Below the pieces are notes generated by a model that was not told the origin of the DNA, did not search any database, and saw only the letters and a list, made by a program, of their open reading frames with translations. A program made the position numbers and the translations under genes. 64,000 nt of DNA from Flaccisagitta enflata. Its lineage: Eukaryota. Below are positions 28,569-40,704 of this stretch, piece after piece (position 1 is the stretch's first letter; each line of letters begins with the position of its first letter). The stretch spans positions 1,612,001-1,676,000 of the forward strand of contig OZ231126.1 of the NCBI GenBank assembly GCA_965153355.1, given 5' to 3'.

Positions 28569-29249
28569 TATCCATTTAATGGATTCTTAATAACATGACT
28601 GTCTTAATCATTGGATTTTCAGGTTTGTGTAATGGTCAAGTTAGTTGTGCTTTCATACTCGGCTCCAAAGTTATAATGCCTTTGCATTGAGAATTGGAAT
28701 TCTTGATCAAATAGCTATGGCTTTATCTTATTTACATACAGCATTGCAAAGAAGTTCAAAGTTCATAGTTCCAAGTTCAAAGTTTGAAGCTTCAACACGG
28801 CAGCATGTTGCATCTAGTGGGGGCCCCGCTGCCTGAAGTGCCTAGGGCCCCGCACATGGTTGTTCCGGCCCAGCGCAACGCCGCTGTTATTAAACAGCGC
28901 CGCCTATATAAAGTTACGTAACTAGCGCGTTTATTATCTTTTTAAATCTTTTGTTTGCATTGTGATTCCGAATTCTAATTGCACCTTGACCTTATGCGGA
29001 TCAAATCACTTATTGTACAGGAAGAACAAAAGGCCAACAAGATAGTTCATGACAGGCTGTCTTTACCACAGATCTTTCGAAACATCGCCCTAGATAACTC
29101 CAGAAGAAACTGCATCTACGAAGTTCTTTCCCCATGTCGCGTTTTTTTTTCTTATTCTTTCATTTTTTTTCTATGATTATTTTTTGTGACCACGAACACA
29201 CGGTCCTGGAGCATGGAGTGCATCGTTTCCGTGTCATCCCTAAAAGCAA

Positions 29250-29345
<96 letters not shown>

Positions 29346-29642
29346 GAATTTTGGACCAACGGACATACCCTCTTTTAGAGTACCTCAGCAAGCAACTAAA
29401 CAAGGCCGGATACACGGCTGACGAAGTCGCGTGCGGGTGGGCAGGGGCTATATTGAGGTCTTTAGACCATTTGGGCAGGAGCAGTGAGGTCCAAAAATAA
29501 AAATCATAAAAAAAGTAAAGTGTGACCGACCAATCGACGGACAGACGTACAAAGCAAGGTGAAGAGTTGAGTCCAGGCCACGCGACTAAAAAAGTGTTGT
29601 TTCTCTCTTTCCTTCCCCTTATGTCTTCAGCAGTCTCTAGCA

Positions 29643-29679
<37 letters not shown>

Positions 29680-29980
29680 GCTCTTCCCTAAAACGAATCA
29701 ACGCTTAACTTTCTCCAACATCAGAAATACGGTTCGGTACTACATGTCGATAAACATTGCCCTGGCATGGCATCACGAAGGAGCCTTCTTGTCCCTCCTT
29801 GGATATGGACCACGGAAGTCTAAAATTGATGGAGCCCCAACCACCGACGTCCAAGTCAAGACTCAAGAGACAAGGCCTTGCTTATGACAGGTTAGAGCTG
29901 CCAACAGATACAGGGATACAGGGCCAATGTCTTGTGGGACACAGGGGTGAATTTCCAGACGTCCCGTGAGGGAATACACA

Positions 29981-30334
29981 TTTTTAGTCGCGTGCACGCG
30001 ACTCTACAACCCGCTTTGTCCGTCCGTCCGTCGGTCCGTCCGTCCGTCACACTTTACTTTTTTGTACTATAACGTCGACTCTTAGGTCATTTTAAGTCAT
30101 TTTAAGTCATTTATAGTTATTCTTAGTCATTTTGAGTCAGTCTAAGTCATTTTAAGTCATTTCAAGTCATTTTAAGTTATTTTAAGTTATTTTTGGTTTT
30201 TTGTTTTTTTAGTCATTTTAAGTCAATTTTGGTCATTTTAGGTCATTCTAAGTCATTGAAAGTCGTTCTAAGTCATTCTAAGTCACTCTTTGTCTGTAAG
30301 TCTCGCACGCGACTTATAGGTGTTGGCCTTGTTT
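29981..30334 (+). mobile_element. HINE-like element with internal (aagtcattyt)n 10-mer array; subTIR AGTCGCGTGC/GCACGCGACT
   Basis: subTIRs at 29986 and 30305; related copies at about 19945-20250 and 27985-28212. Confidence 0.75.
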
Positions 30335-30592
30335 TTTACAAGAACGTCATTTTTTGGCCAAAGCCTTTAAAAGAGATAGAAAGTAACTAATAAAATAATT
30401 ACAATGTTCTTATTTTGTAGCAATGTAGCCTTGATGTTTGTATAAACTAAGTTCTTATAAGAAAAAAATGTTTGCACCAGGCCAAAAAAGACTAAATGAG
30501 GTTATTGAAGGTGAATTCGAAGTCTAAAGGGCAGATTACAAGCCTGAAAGCAGACAACACTTTTTTTTATAAGAACATCACTTTTTGGGCAA

Positions 30593-30644
<52 letters not shown>

Positions 30645-31006
30645 GCCTCTGATCGGAGTCGTTGGGTCATCAAACAAACCATTGGATCATCGCGTCCGTC
30701 CACCGGCTGAAGACTGTAACGCAAAGAACCCTTTACATGACAGCAACTTCATGCAGGTCGACACCATCTCAAGATTTGCCGGTTCCTACGTGTTTTATCA
30801 CCAGCCAGGTTGATGCTCATTAAAAGGTAAGCGATTGCAGCTAAAGTCTTAAATTCCCTAAGGCAATCTGTCAAATGAGTACTTTGTTTTGTACATAATG
30901 CATAGTGCTCTGGAATAAACAGTGTCTCTCTGATGGGAGTGTCTCTCAAAAACATATTGTATCCAATGCAGTATCTCTCTCAAATCGATTGTGACTCTTG
31001 AATGTA

Positions 31007-31180
31007 CAGTTGAACCCCGCTCAAACGGATCTTAAGGGACTAACAAGTATTATCTATTATAGGCAGAATTCTGTTATTGCCAATATAAGAAATAAAAAAC
31101 TAATTAAAGGGACTATGAATTTTCATTTGACATAGATAGAATTCCATTACTGGCGGGTCCGTTAGAGTGGGGTTCAACTG
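31007..31180. mobile_element. Small Tc1/mariner (pogo/Tigger-like) MITE, TA TSD
   Basis: ta|CAGTTGAACCCCGCTCAAACGGA...TCCGTTAGAGTGGGGTTCAACTG|ta. Confidence 0.82.
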
Positions 31181-32312
31181 TATAGCATTCAATGGAACTA
31201 TCCAATTCCCTTTCTTCCTCAGTTTGTTTGACAGCACGCGCGCGCCTAGTGAAATTACTCTGACAATCGTTTTTCGCTTATATTCTTGGCTTCAAATCCT
31301 CTACGGATGATAATAAATCCTTGGTTCAAAACAATCCAGGTGAGATTGAAATTCAGATTTTACAGTGTGACGCAAAAAAAAACAACAAAAAAACAGGACA
31401 CTCAATTTCTGTCATTCAACTATTTAATGATAAAATTATGAATGTTTAATTTCAAAATATTTCAAAAATTGTCAAAGAATAAAATAAATACTAATAAATG
31501 GAATTTTTTTGACTGATTCTTTAGATCTCTCAGGTTTCAAAAACAGGTTTCAAGAATTGTTTGGGAAAAAATTATTTCCTTGATTACTTCTGCAGGGGGA
31601 AATTTGTGATATAAATTTGCAATGTAAATTTGTGATATATGTTTAAGAAAAAAAATCAATTGTTATTTTTTACCAAAATTCCCTTTACCATTTTTTTTGC
31701 AATAAGTTTAGTGACCATATCTTATGGAAATGAAACAAGGTTATTAGACCTAAGTCGCGTGCGTCGGCACCTTCAAAAAAAAAGCAGGCAAACAGACAGA
31801 CAGACAGACAAACAATTTTTTTTCAAAAAAACATTTGAAATAACTGTTCACTCAACAAAGTTTCTTTTCTACCGTTCAGACATAAAATACACTTTAAAAA
31901 GCCTTTAAAACAGTTTTGTGACCAACCGACCAACCAACAAACCGACAGACCAAAAAGTGACTTATAGAGTTGCGTAGCATGCGACTAAAAATTGAGTAAA
32001 CAAGATTTTATAACAAAATTTTATAAAAATTCATACATTTCAAAAGGTTTTGCATTCTTTCAATCTCAGGTTTTGCATTCTTTGAATCTCAAACCTACTC
32101 CTACATTAGTTACGTAAGAGATATATTTTTGCAATTTCTATGACTTTTTTCAGACAATACAATTATTTATTGTTTTAAATGATTAAGTAAATTGTTATTC
32201 TTGAATAAAGTAAAGTAATATAATTGGTTAGGAAATATTCTGTCCTGTTTTTTTTGCGCCGTGGTGTAGGTGTCCGTAAATCTCTATCATATAATGTCTC
32301 ACAAGAAATTTA

Positions 32313-33770
32313 TCGGGAAAAAAGTCGAAGTCAGTCTTCGACTTTTTGACATATTTGAGAGAAACTTATGAGGAAGTTGTAAGTCTTGGTTGAGCGATTG
32401 GGGCTTCCAATGAAATTTATAGGGTAAGTAAATTTGATAATTCTTTCATTTGGCGCTAAGCAGAATGCTCTACGACAAATATTTTTCGGGCTATGATTTT
32501 TTAAAGATTTATTTATGAAAAATTCGAATGAAATTTTTTTTATTTTTTACAATTTTGTGTAGGATCAATAAAAGAGTGTATTTATGTTTGTTGGAGCATG
32601 CAAATACAAGAAAACATGTTTATGAGCACAGCTGCTCATCTGTAAGGGTGTTTTTGAGCATTTTAGCTCATTTAGCTCACTTAGCTCAGTCTATTCTTTC
32701 TGATTTCAAATATGATAAATGAATGAATATTTTCAAACTTGTTTAACCAAGCAAATTAAAAAAAAAAACATGTCAGTGAGCAGAGCTGCTCCTCTGTAAG
32801 GGTTTTTTCAAATATTCTAGCTTATTTAGCTAATTTAGCTTGTGCTTTTTCTCTGATTTTAAATAGGATGAATAAATTAATGTTTTGATTTAGGCATACA
32901 ATTACAAGAAAGCATGTCAGTGAGCAAAGCTGGTTGTCTGGTTGAATCATCGGGAAAAAAGTTGAAGTCAGTCTTTGACTTTTTGACTTATTCCAGAGAA
33001 ACAGGGTTTTCATTTTTTCATCTCATAGGGCTGATTGGGGCCTCGGGTGAAATTTATAGTGTAAGTAAATTTGATAATTCTTTCATTTTGCACCAAGCAG
33101 AATTCTCTACAACAAATATTCTTTGCGCTATGATTTTTTAAAGATTTATTTACGAATAATTCATATTGATTTTTGTAGGATCAATAAAAAAAGTTTTTCT
33201 ATATTTGTTTGAACTTGCAAATACAAGAAAACACGTTTATGAGCATAGCAGTTCATCTGTGAGGGTGATTTTGAGCATTTTAGCTAATTTAGCTCACTTA
33301 GCTCAATCTTTTTTTTCTGATTTCAAATGCAATAAATGAGCAAATATATTTATAGATATTTAAGCAAGCAAATACAAGAGAGTATGTCAGTGAGCAGAGC
33401 TGCTCATCTGTCATGGTGTTTTTAAGTATTCTAGCTCATTAAGCTCATTTAGCTTATTTAGCTTGCTCTTTTTTTCTGATTTCAAAACAGATGAATAAAT
33501 AAATCTTTTGATTTAAGCATGCAAATACAAGAAAGTATGTCAGAAAGCATAGCTGGTTGTCTGGTTGAGTGATTTTGACTATTTTAGCTCTTACAGCTCA
33601 TATGGCTCAGTCCTATTTTTCTCTGATTTTCAGTGCAACCAATACATACAATTGCTCTTAATTTGATCTAACAAATAATAAGAATTGCAGTGATTTAAAA
33701 AAGCTTTGTGAAAAGTGAACAACGCTTACAACTTTTTTCCTCACGTCGACAGCCGCCATTACTGGTACTT
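32313..33770 (+). mobile_element. Two head-to-tail copies of the same Helitron-like family (32313-32949 truncated, 32950-33770)
   Basis: a|TCGGGAAAAAAGT heads at 32313 and 32950; 3' end cagccgccattactggtact; internal sequence colinear with 39225-40075. Confidence 0.72.
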
Positions 33771-35007
33771 TATCCTAGTGTGAAATACGTTTCATTGCAA
33801 CTCCTTCACGCTTGTCCAAAAAATGTTTGATAAATAGTTCTGTCTGTCTTCGAAAGGCCGCCTATATATCACCTACGCATCACTTTACAGCTGACTTTTG
33901 CCAGGGTTTGTGGGGAGGGGGGGGGGTGCCGAGAAATCCTGAGATCTGCTCTGCAATTGAAGGTATGGCCGGGCTTGAACCCACTGACAATGGTTGGAAG
34001 TACCATGTGATGTGTATGAAACAGAGCTTCTTTGCTCCTGATTGGGGCCCCCAATAGAACTATTCCATATTGTAACAAAGCTAAGTTATGGCCAATATGT
34101 GCGCCTCGCTGATTAAGAATATGTGATTGAACGTTTTCACGAATGAACGAACGAATGAATTTATAACTAAATGAATGAATTAATGAATGGATGTGGGAGA
34201 GGTAATAGGAATGAGGAAAGACATTGGAATCGGCCCTTAAACGTAATTTGAAGGTTTGCGTGACAGTCAGACCAACCAACCGACAGTCGTGACTGCCTAA
34301 AGATGTGAGAGGACGCACATAAACAAGCCCGACCAAGCAACGATGTCTGGACTGTGCCTATGCGTGTATTGATTATGTTACATATATGGAGAGACATGGA
34401 CAAACGGACGGATACAACGACGAAGTAATGAAGGAGGTTCTCAAAATATATTGTTTTATACTTTGTTTCATCTCATCGTGGCCAAAAACAGTCAAGAATC
34501 GTGGTTTTTGCACAAGCGTATCAGACGGATGGACGGACCGACAGATGGCTGGACCGACCGTTGGACCAACAGACAGACCCTCTCATAGATATGCGTTCCT
34601 GACGGACACATCTAAAAAAGAGTTGGCTGTAAATCTACCACTGAACACTTAAATTCTTTCCAGAATATTGATTTTCACGATTGTCTTTAACATCTCGCTT
34701 TTTCAGTCGTACGTTTTTAGCTGAATTTGGCCTCATTTCTGAGGTCAGATCCTTTTCTCTTCTAGCTTGTATTTTGGAACAGGAATGTAGAAAATATCTC
34801 GGCATAAATTTGCGCAAACATTTAAACTTTTCTCAAGGCTAGGGAAGCTAAATTTTTAATGACTGATGAAATTTGAGCCTTGTAACTGGGTACCACTTCT
34901 TTGTTATTGTCGTTTCCAAGAATTTACGATAGTTTTTCTCTGATGATGATTATTCAAATCGTTTCTTTACCATGCCCTTCCATCTGTGTGTGTGCGTGTG
35001 CGTGTGC

Positions 35008-35104
<97 letters not shown>

Positions 35105-35279
35105 TCTCCCCTTCTCTGACAGACTTGCGGCTTTGTTCGATGGTTTCGTTTGACATCGAAACGTTCAATTTGGGAAGCTGGAGATGCCAAGGAGTGAATG
35201 GGCAAAATGCGTCAAGGTTAGTATCCAAGTTATACTGGTCCTACCAGTTAATCGATAGAATAGAAAATGTGCAGCGAAG

Positions 35280-35383
<104 letters not shown>

Positions 35384-35737
35384 CAACATGGCGTCGTTGG
35401 GTACATTGGTCGCTATGGTGTATGTTACAATTTAAAAGTCATAGTTTTCTGATGTTAGCTGATTTTTTATCTCAAATATTCACCACGATGTACAGGCATA
35501 CCCATGAATTCAGCGACGTTTTTTGCATCATCCCCACCTCATCATTTCATGAGCAAACCTGAAGAGGAGAAAATTGCGTGGATTTCCAGCTACAGAAGCT
35601 CAACAGGACACAAGAATTTTTTTTCCATTGCTGTTATTACAATTTCCTTTTCGATTTGTTTGAAGTGAGATACTCGCGACACTATGGGAGGCTTTGTCTG
35701 ATTGTCAATCTGTCTGTCTGACTATGAATAAGCGCAC

Positions 35738-36394
35738 AGGCAACCATTCAATCACGAAAATTGTGCCTTAGTTAAAATCATTTCCACTGAATCACGACGT
35801 CGTGCTTCAGTGGAATGAAGACTAATTAGTGCTCTCTGTAATTTGAGCTTCAATGGAATTGGTAATAACTGATTTTTTCAGTGAAGCAAAGATCGTCAAA
35901 GTATTCTTCATCTACTTTTATCTAAAGAAATCATCTCCCTTCTTTTTACCTCTTATCCTTTCTCTTCATCTAAGTAGACTTACTGAATAAAAAGAATGTT
36001 GTTATCAAGAGTAAAATATCTTTTTACATCTAGATCAAGTTTTTATCCTAATCAAAACTTCAAGTGGGAAAACTTTTTTTTCATAAAAACATACATTCAT
36101 GTGATAGGAAATAGTTTTTGTCATGAAAAGAAAAACTTTAAAAGACGAAAAAAAATTTAGAGAAATTTCCAAAGACAACAATTTATGGTAAAATGAAAAA
36201 ATCTTTTTTTGAATAAGAGAAATAAAAAAGTTTTTAATTGCACTGAAATGAATTGTTTTGACCAATCAAAGAAAAACTGGATTGACTTTTTGTTTCATTG
36301 CAACATGAAAAGAGGTTAGAGTCAATTCCACTGAAGCACGAAGTCGTGCTTCAGTGGAATGGAGCCTTACTGTTCGTGATTCAGTGACTAGCTC
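35738..36394. mobile_element. MITE-like element with twin internal palindromes, flanked by 10-bp direct repeat ATAAGCGCAC
   Basis: Direct repeat at 35728-35737 and 36395-36404; AATCACGAA / TTCGTGATT inverted near the ends. Confidence 0.6.
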
Positions 36395-36800
36395 ATAAGC
36401 GCACTTTGCCCCTGCTATCCCCGCCTATAGATATTGTATTATCGCGGTTTATCAGGGTGCATACAAAGGGAAAATTTGAGGTTAAGTTTCCTTCAATTTT
36501 ATTTTTGATTAACAATGGAAAAAGTAATTTCATTTTTTATGAATTATAAAAGCGATGACAGACCTAAGTTTAGCAGGACCTTATCACAATGGTCTTGATG
36601 GGTCTAGATAAATGAATATTCTATGGCTGAGAAAACAAATGCTAATGAAACATTATCAAATGTCAAATCCATTTCTAAGAAGATACATAACAGAAGTTTG
36701 AAAAAAATCTTCATACTTAAACTTTCCGCTCTTTGTATGTACTTCAACTTTCCGTTCTTTGTATGCACTTTTTATATTTTTGCACCAAGAGATTGGATTG

Positions 36801-37125
36801 CAGGGGTGTTTATTCTTGAGTGGCTTTTGATTTTTTTCCTCCCCCTGCGTTTGATTTTCTTCCCCGCAACGCCTCGCGTCGAGTTTTTATATCCATGATT
36901 TTCTTCCCCATATAGCAATAAAACTATGTAGTTATGGTTTAAATAGTGTTAAATTGTGTTTTACTAATTGAGTTTTATGGTTTGGTACTGTAAAAAGTTA
37001 TATTTTCCCCAAAATTCCTTTTTTTCTCTTTTTTCCCCTTTTGTTTCCTTCCCCATCTCCAGACCCTTTGATTTTTTTCCCCCCCCCCACGGGGGGGGGG
37101 GAAAACTCAAGAATATATAGGCCTG
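36801..37125. mobile_element. Second, oppositely oriented copy of the same hAT-type MITE, 8-bp TSD TTGGATTG
   Basis: caggggtgtttattcttgag...ctcaagaatatataggcctg; TSD at 36793-36800 and 37126-37133. Confidence 0.88.
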
Positions 37126-37229
37126 TTGGATTGTTTTAAAAAAAAAGTTCCTATTTCATTGTATTTTAATGTTTGATTCTTATGCCAACAATGAATTATG
37201 GCCTCCAATCAATATAACCATTCTAAATA

Positions 37230-38003
37230 CAGGGTGTTTCAAGTGAGTTGTAACATAAAGAATCGACATATCTTTGCTTCTAGGAAATCAAATTAATTTC
37301 TGAAAAAAAATCTAAAAAGATCTTGGTCTGCAGTTTTTCCATACCAAACCTCAAATTTTAGTAATGGATAGATGTGTGTCAGTAAAAAATCAAAAGGACA
37401 ACCATTTTTGGTAAGAAATCATCTTTTTTATACTTGTACCTAGCAGTTACTTACTTTAACTGCTTGCCATTTTTAAAGTAATTGAGCTAGAATCCTGGGA
37501 TTGGTCTCTAATGAAAGATATTTGCACATAGATTGCTCAACTGCTTTGAAATTAGGGAAACTTTGATAATTTGAAGACTTTTTAATGATTTTGGTCTAAC
37601 CTCATAAAGGTTTTGATTGCAGTTTTCAAAAAGCTCAATCAAAACAGTCTCAAATAGTGAAAGGCTTCCAATTTTTTCAGGAGATCTAGAATCAATGACA
37701 AATATTCTGTCATTTGAGACCAATCCCACGGTTCTAGCTCAATTTGATGAAAAATGGCACACAATTAAAGATAGCTTCTCCAAAGTACAATAAGGAGTCA
37801 AAAATAGAAATTGATGAGGTCAGAAATCATATATGTTTTTCAAAGATATGTGGCATCTAGATGAGAAGTCCGATTATCATGAAATTTTGCATGCTAAAAC
37901 TGCAGACCAAGATCTTTTTAGACCTTTTTTCATAAATTTATTTGAGTTTCTAGAAGCAAATATATGTTGATTCTTTATGTTACAACTCACTTGAAACACC
38001 CTG
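37230..38003. mobile_element. Tc1/mariner-type MITE with ~100-bp TIRs and TA TSD
   Basis: ta|CAGGGTGTTTCAAGTGAGTTGTAACATAAAGAATC...GATTCTTTATGTTACAACTCACTTGAAACACCCTG|ta; additional inner inverted repeat at about 37481 and 37743. Confidence 0.88.
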
Positions 38004-38872
38004 TAGACGCAAAGGAATTAAATGGTCAGCGGTACCCATCGCTTCCAAAAAAGCTCACTTTCACAATAAGCTGTTTAGGTTGGGTGATTCACATAGCAAA
38101 ATTAGAAAGTATCCCTTCATCGTATTTATATAATATTGAAGAGCAAAAATAAATATTTTCTTTTAATTTTCAGTTTTTCTTTTTTGTTTTGGTTTGAATA
38201 TTTTTATTGAAATAAAAAAATCATCAAATTCAGATTTTGTTTTTAGAAAACTAGGAGTGATTCGCGTAGAAACTAGTTAGGGTTTACAAGGCCCTCCTCT
38301 ATTTATATCAGATTCGGTATAGTGAGGGATATTATTCCATGTATTATATTTAGTATATTAGGTCCTATAAAAAAAATTTTCCTAAAAAAATAAAACATGA
38401 ACAATTTTTCTGAAAGAAAAACTATAAAAATTTTAAAATTTGCCACTTTGTATTAGGTAACAAGGATGATAAGATATTCCAAAATTTTGTTATTTGGGGC
38501 ATCCAACCATTGAGGTAAGTTGAAAGTGGATGAAGCGGAAGAGAGGGGAGAGGGAGACAGGGAGGCAGTAAATTAAAAAAAATGTTACCATAATCAGAGC
38601 AAGACAAAGGTTTTCAATTTGTTGACCTTGTTCTAATTTTCAGTTGCGTGCTACACGACTCTACACACGGCTATATCAGGTCGGTTAGTCTGTTGGTTGG
38701 TCGGTTGGTCCCATATTACTTTCTTGGCGTTTTTTAGCTTTTTGAGCTCACTGCTCCTGCCCAATTGATCTTTTCTAGTATTGCCCCTGCCCACTCACAT
38801 GCGACTGAGGTAGCCGTGAGTCCGGCCTTGTTATCATCTCTCCGTCTGTTCTTCTGTTTGTCTGTTTGTTTG

Positions 38873-38941
<69 letters not shown>

Positions 38942-39224
38942 GCTTTACACTGTGTGAGAACAAGGCCGGATACACGGCTACCCTAGTCGCGTGCGGGTGG
39001 GCAGGAGCAGTGTTGGAGAAGGTCACTACTAGAGTTTGGAGTTTCAAACAAAATCATCTAGTGGCATATAACGGAAGTATAACAGATTATATGCATAGTA
39101 GTAAGAACATTTGCACGGCAGATTGCGGAGTGATCAGGTTGGAAAAAAGTTGACTGATTTTTTAAACGAGCGAACAAACTATGAAAATATGATAAAAAAA
39201 TGAATAATTAATCATGTTGCTTGT

Positions 39225-40075
39225 CTAGTACCAGTAATGGCGGCTGTCGCCGTGAGGAAAAAAGTCGTAAGCGTTGTTCACTTTTTACCAAGTTTTTGTT
39301 TTCAGTCATTGCAACTTTTTATTTGTTAGATCAAATTAAAAGCAATTGTATATTGTGGTTGCACTGAAAATCAGAGAAAAATAGGACTGAGCCAAATGAG
39401 CTAGAAGAGCTAAAATATTCAAAATCACTCAACTACACAACTAGCTATGTTTACTGAGATGCTTTCTTGTATTTGCATGTTTAAATCAAAACATTTATCT
39501 ATTTATCGGTTTTGAAATCAGAAAAAAAGAGCAAGCTAAGTGAGCTGAATGAGCTAGAATATCTAAAAACACCCTCACAGATGAGCAGCTCTGCTCACTG
39601 ACATGCTTTCTTGTATTTGCTTGCTTAAACATCTATCAATATATTTGCTTATTTATTGCATTTGAAATCAGACAAAAAGGCTGAGCTAAGTGAGCAAAAT
39701 GAGCTAAAATGCTCAAAATCACAATCACATATGAGCAGTTATGCTCATAAACATGTTTTTTTGTATTTGCATGCTTAACCAAACTAAGATACACTCCTTA
39801 ATTGATCCTACACAAAATCATAAAAAATCGAAAAAAATTCAATTTGAATTTTTCGTAAATAAATCTTTAAAAATTCATAACGCAAAAAATATTTGTCCCA
39901 GACACTTCTGCTTAGCGCCAAACAAAAGAGAATTATCAAATTTACTTACCCTATCAATTTCGTCCAAGGGTGCAATCGCCCTAAGGAGTTCCGAAACTTT
40001 CGCATAAGAAAATGAAAACCCTGTTTCTCTCGAATATGTCAAAAAGTCGAAAACTGACTTCGACTTTTTTCCCGA
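39225..40075 (-). mobile_element. Non-autonomous Helitron-like element (5' TC ... hairpin ... CTAG 3')
   Basis: Minus strand starts a|TCGGGAAAAAAGTCG and ends GGCGacagcCGCCattactggtaCTAG; no TSD. Confidence 0.72.
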
Positions 40076-40550
40076 TCATGTAGAAAGGGCCCATAGAGTC
40101 AGAATGTCATTTTTCAACGAGTAAAAATAAGTGAGGTTTAGAGAAATGAGACTTACTGGGAAATAAGATACTTTTGCGCCTGTAAAAAGGCCTGTACGCC
40201 TCTGTACTCACAGGGACATATAGTTTTGACCTTGCTGATTCTAAATCCGGTTTTACTTTTTTTCCGATTTCATCCGAGGCAACGCGATAAAAATAAGAAG
40301 ACGAAGCATCTCTTAAAAAGTGCTAATCAAAACAGCGTCATGGAAATAGCGCGTAAAACGCAAGTAAACAGTTCGTGGTTTGCGCTTGTAAATATTTTTT
40401 GTCTCCGATTTTATCTTTTTAGGTGCGCCATAGCACCTCTATAAGAGGCTCTGTCTGTTGGTCGGTCGGTTGGTCGGTAACGCTCCAGTTGAAAATATCA
40501 GGAAACAGTCAAAATCACCAAAAATGGATCCTTATCATCATTATATCATC

Positions 40551-40616
<66 letters not shown>

Positions 40617-40704
40617 GTCGTCTTTATCATCGTCATCGTCATCATCGTTCTCGTCTTCAACGTTGTCTCCGTTGTTGTCGTTATCATTGATTCATTGTCA
40701 TTAT

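Noticed and set aside
31363-32266. TA-flanked element with aaaaaaacaggaca / tgtcctgttttttt inverted ends
   Set aside because: Terminal bases disagree (CAGTGTGA versus CACCACGG); probably an old Tc1-like MITE but too degenerate to call.
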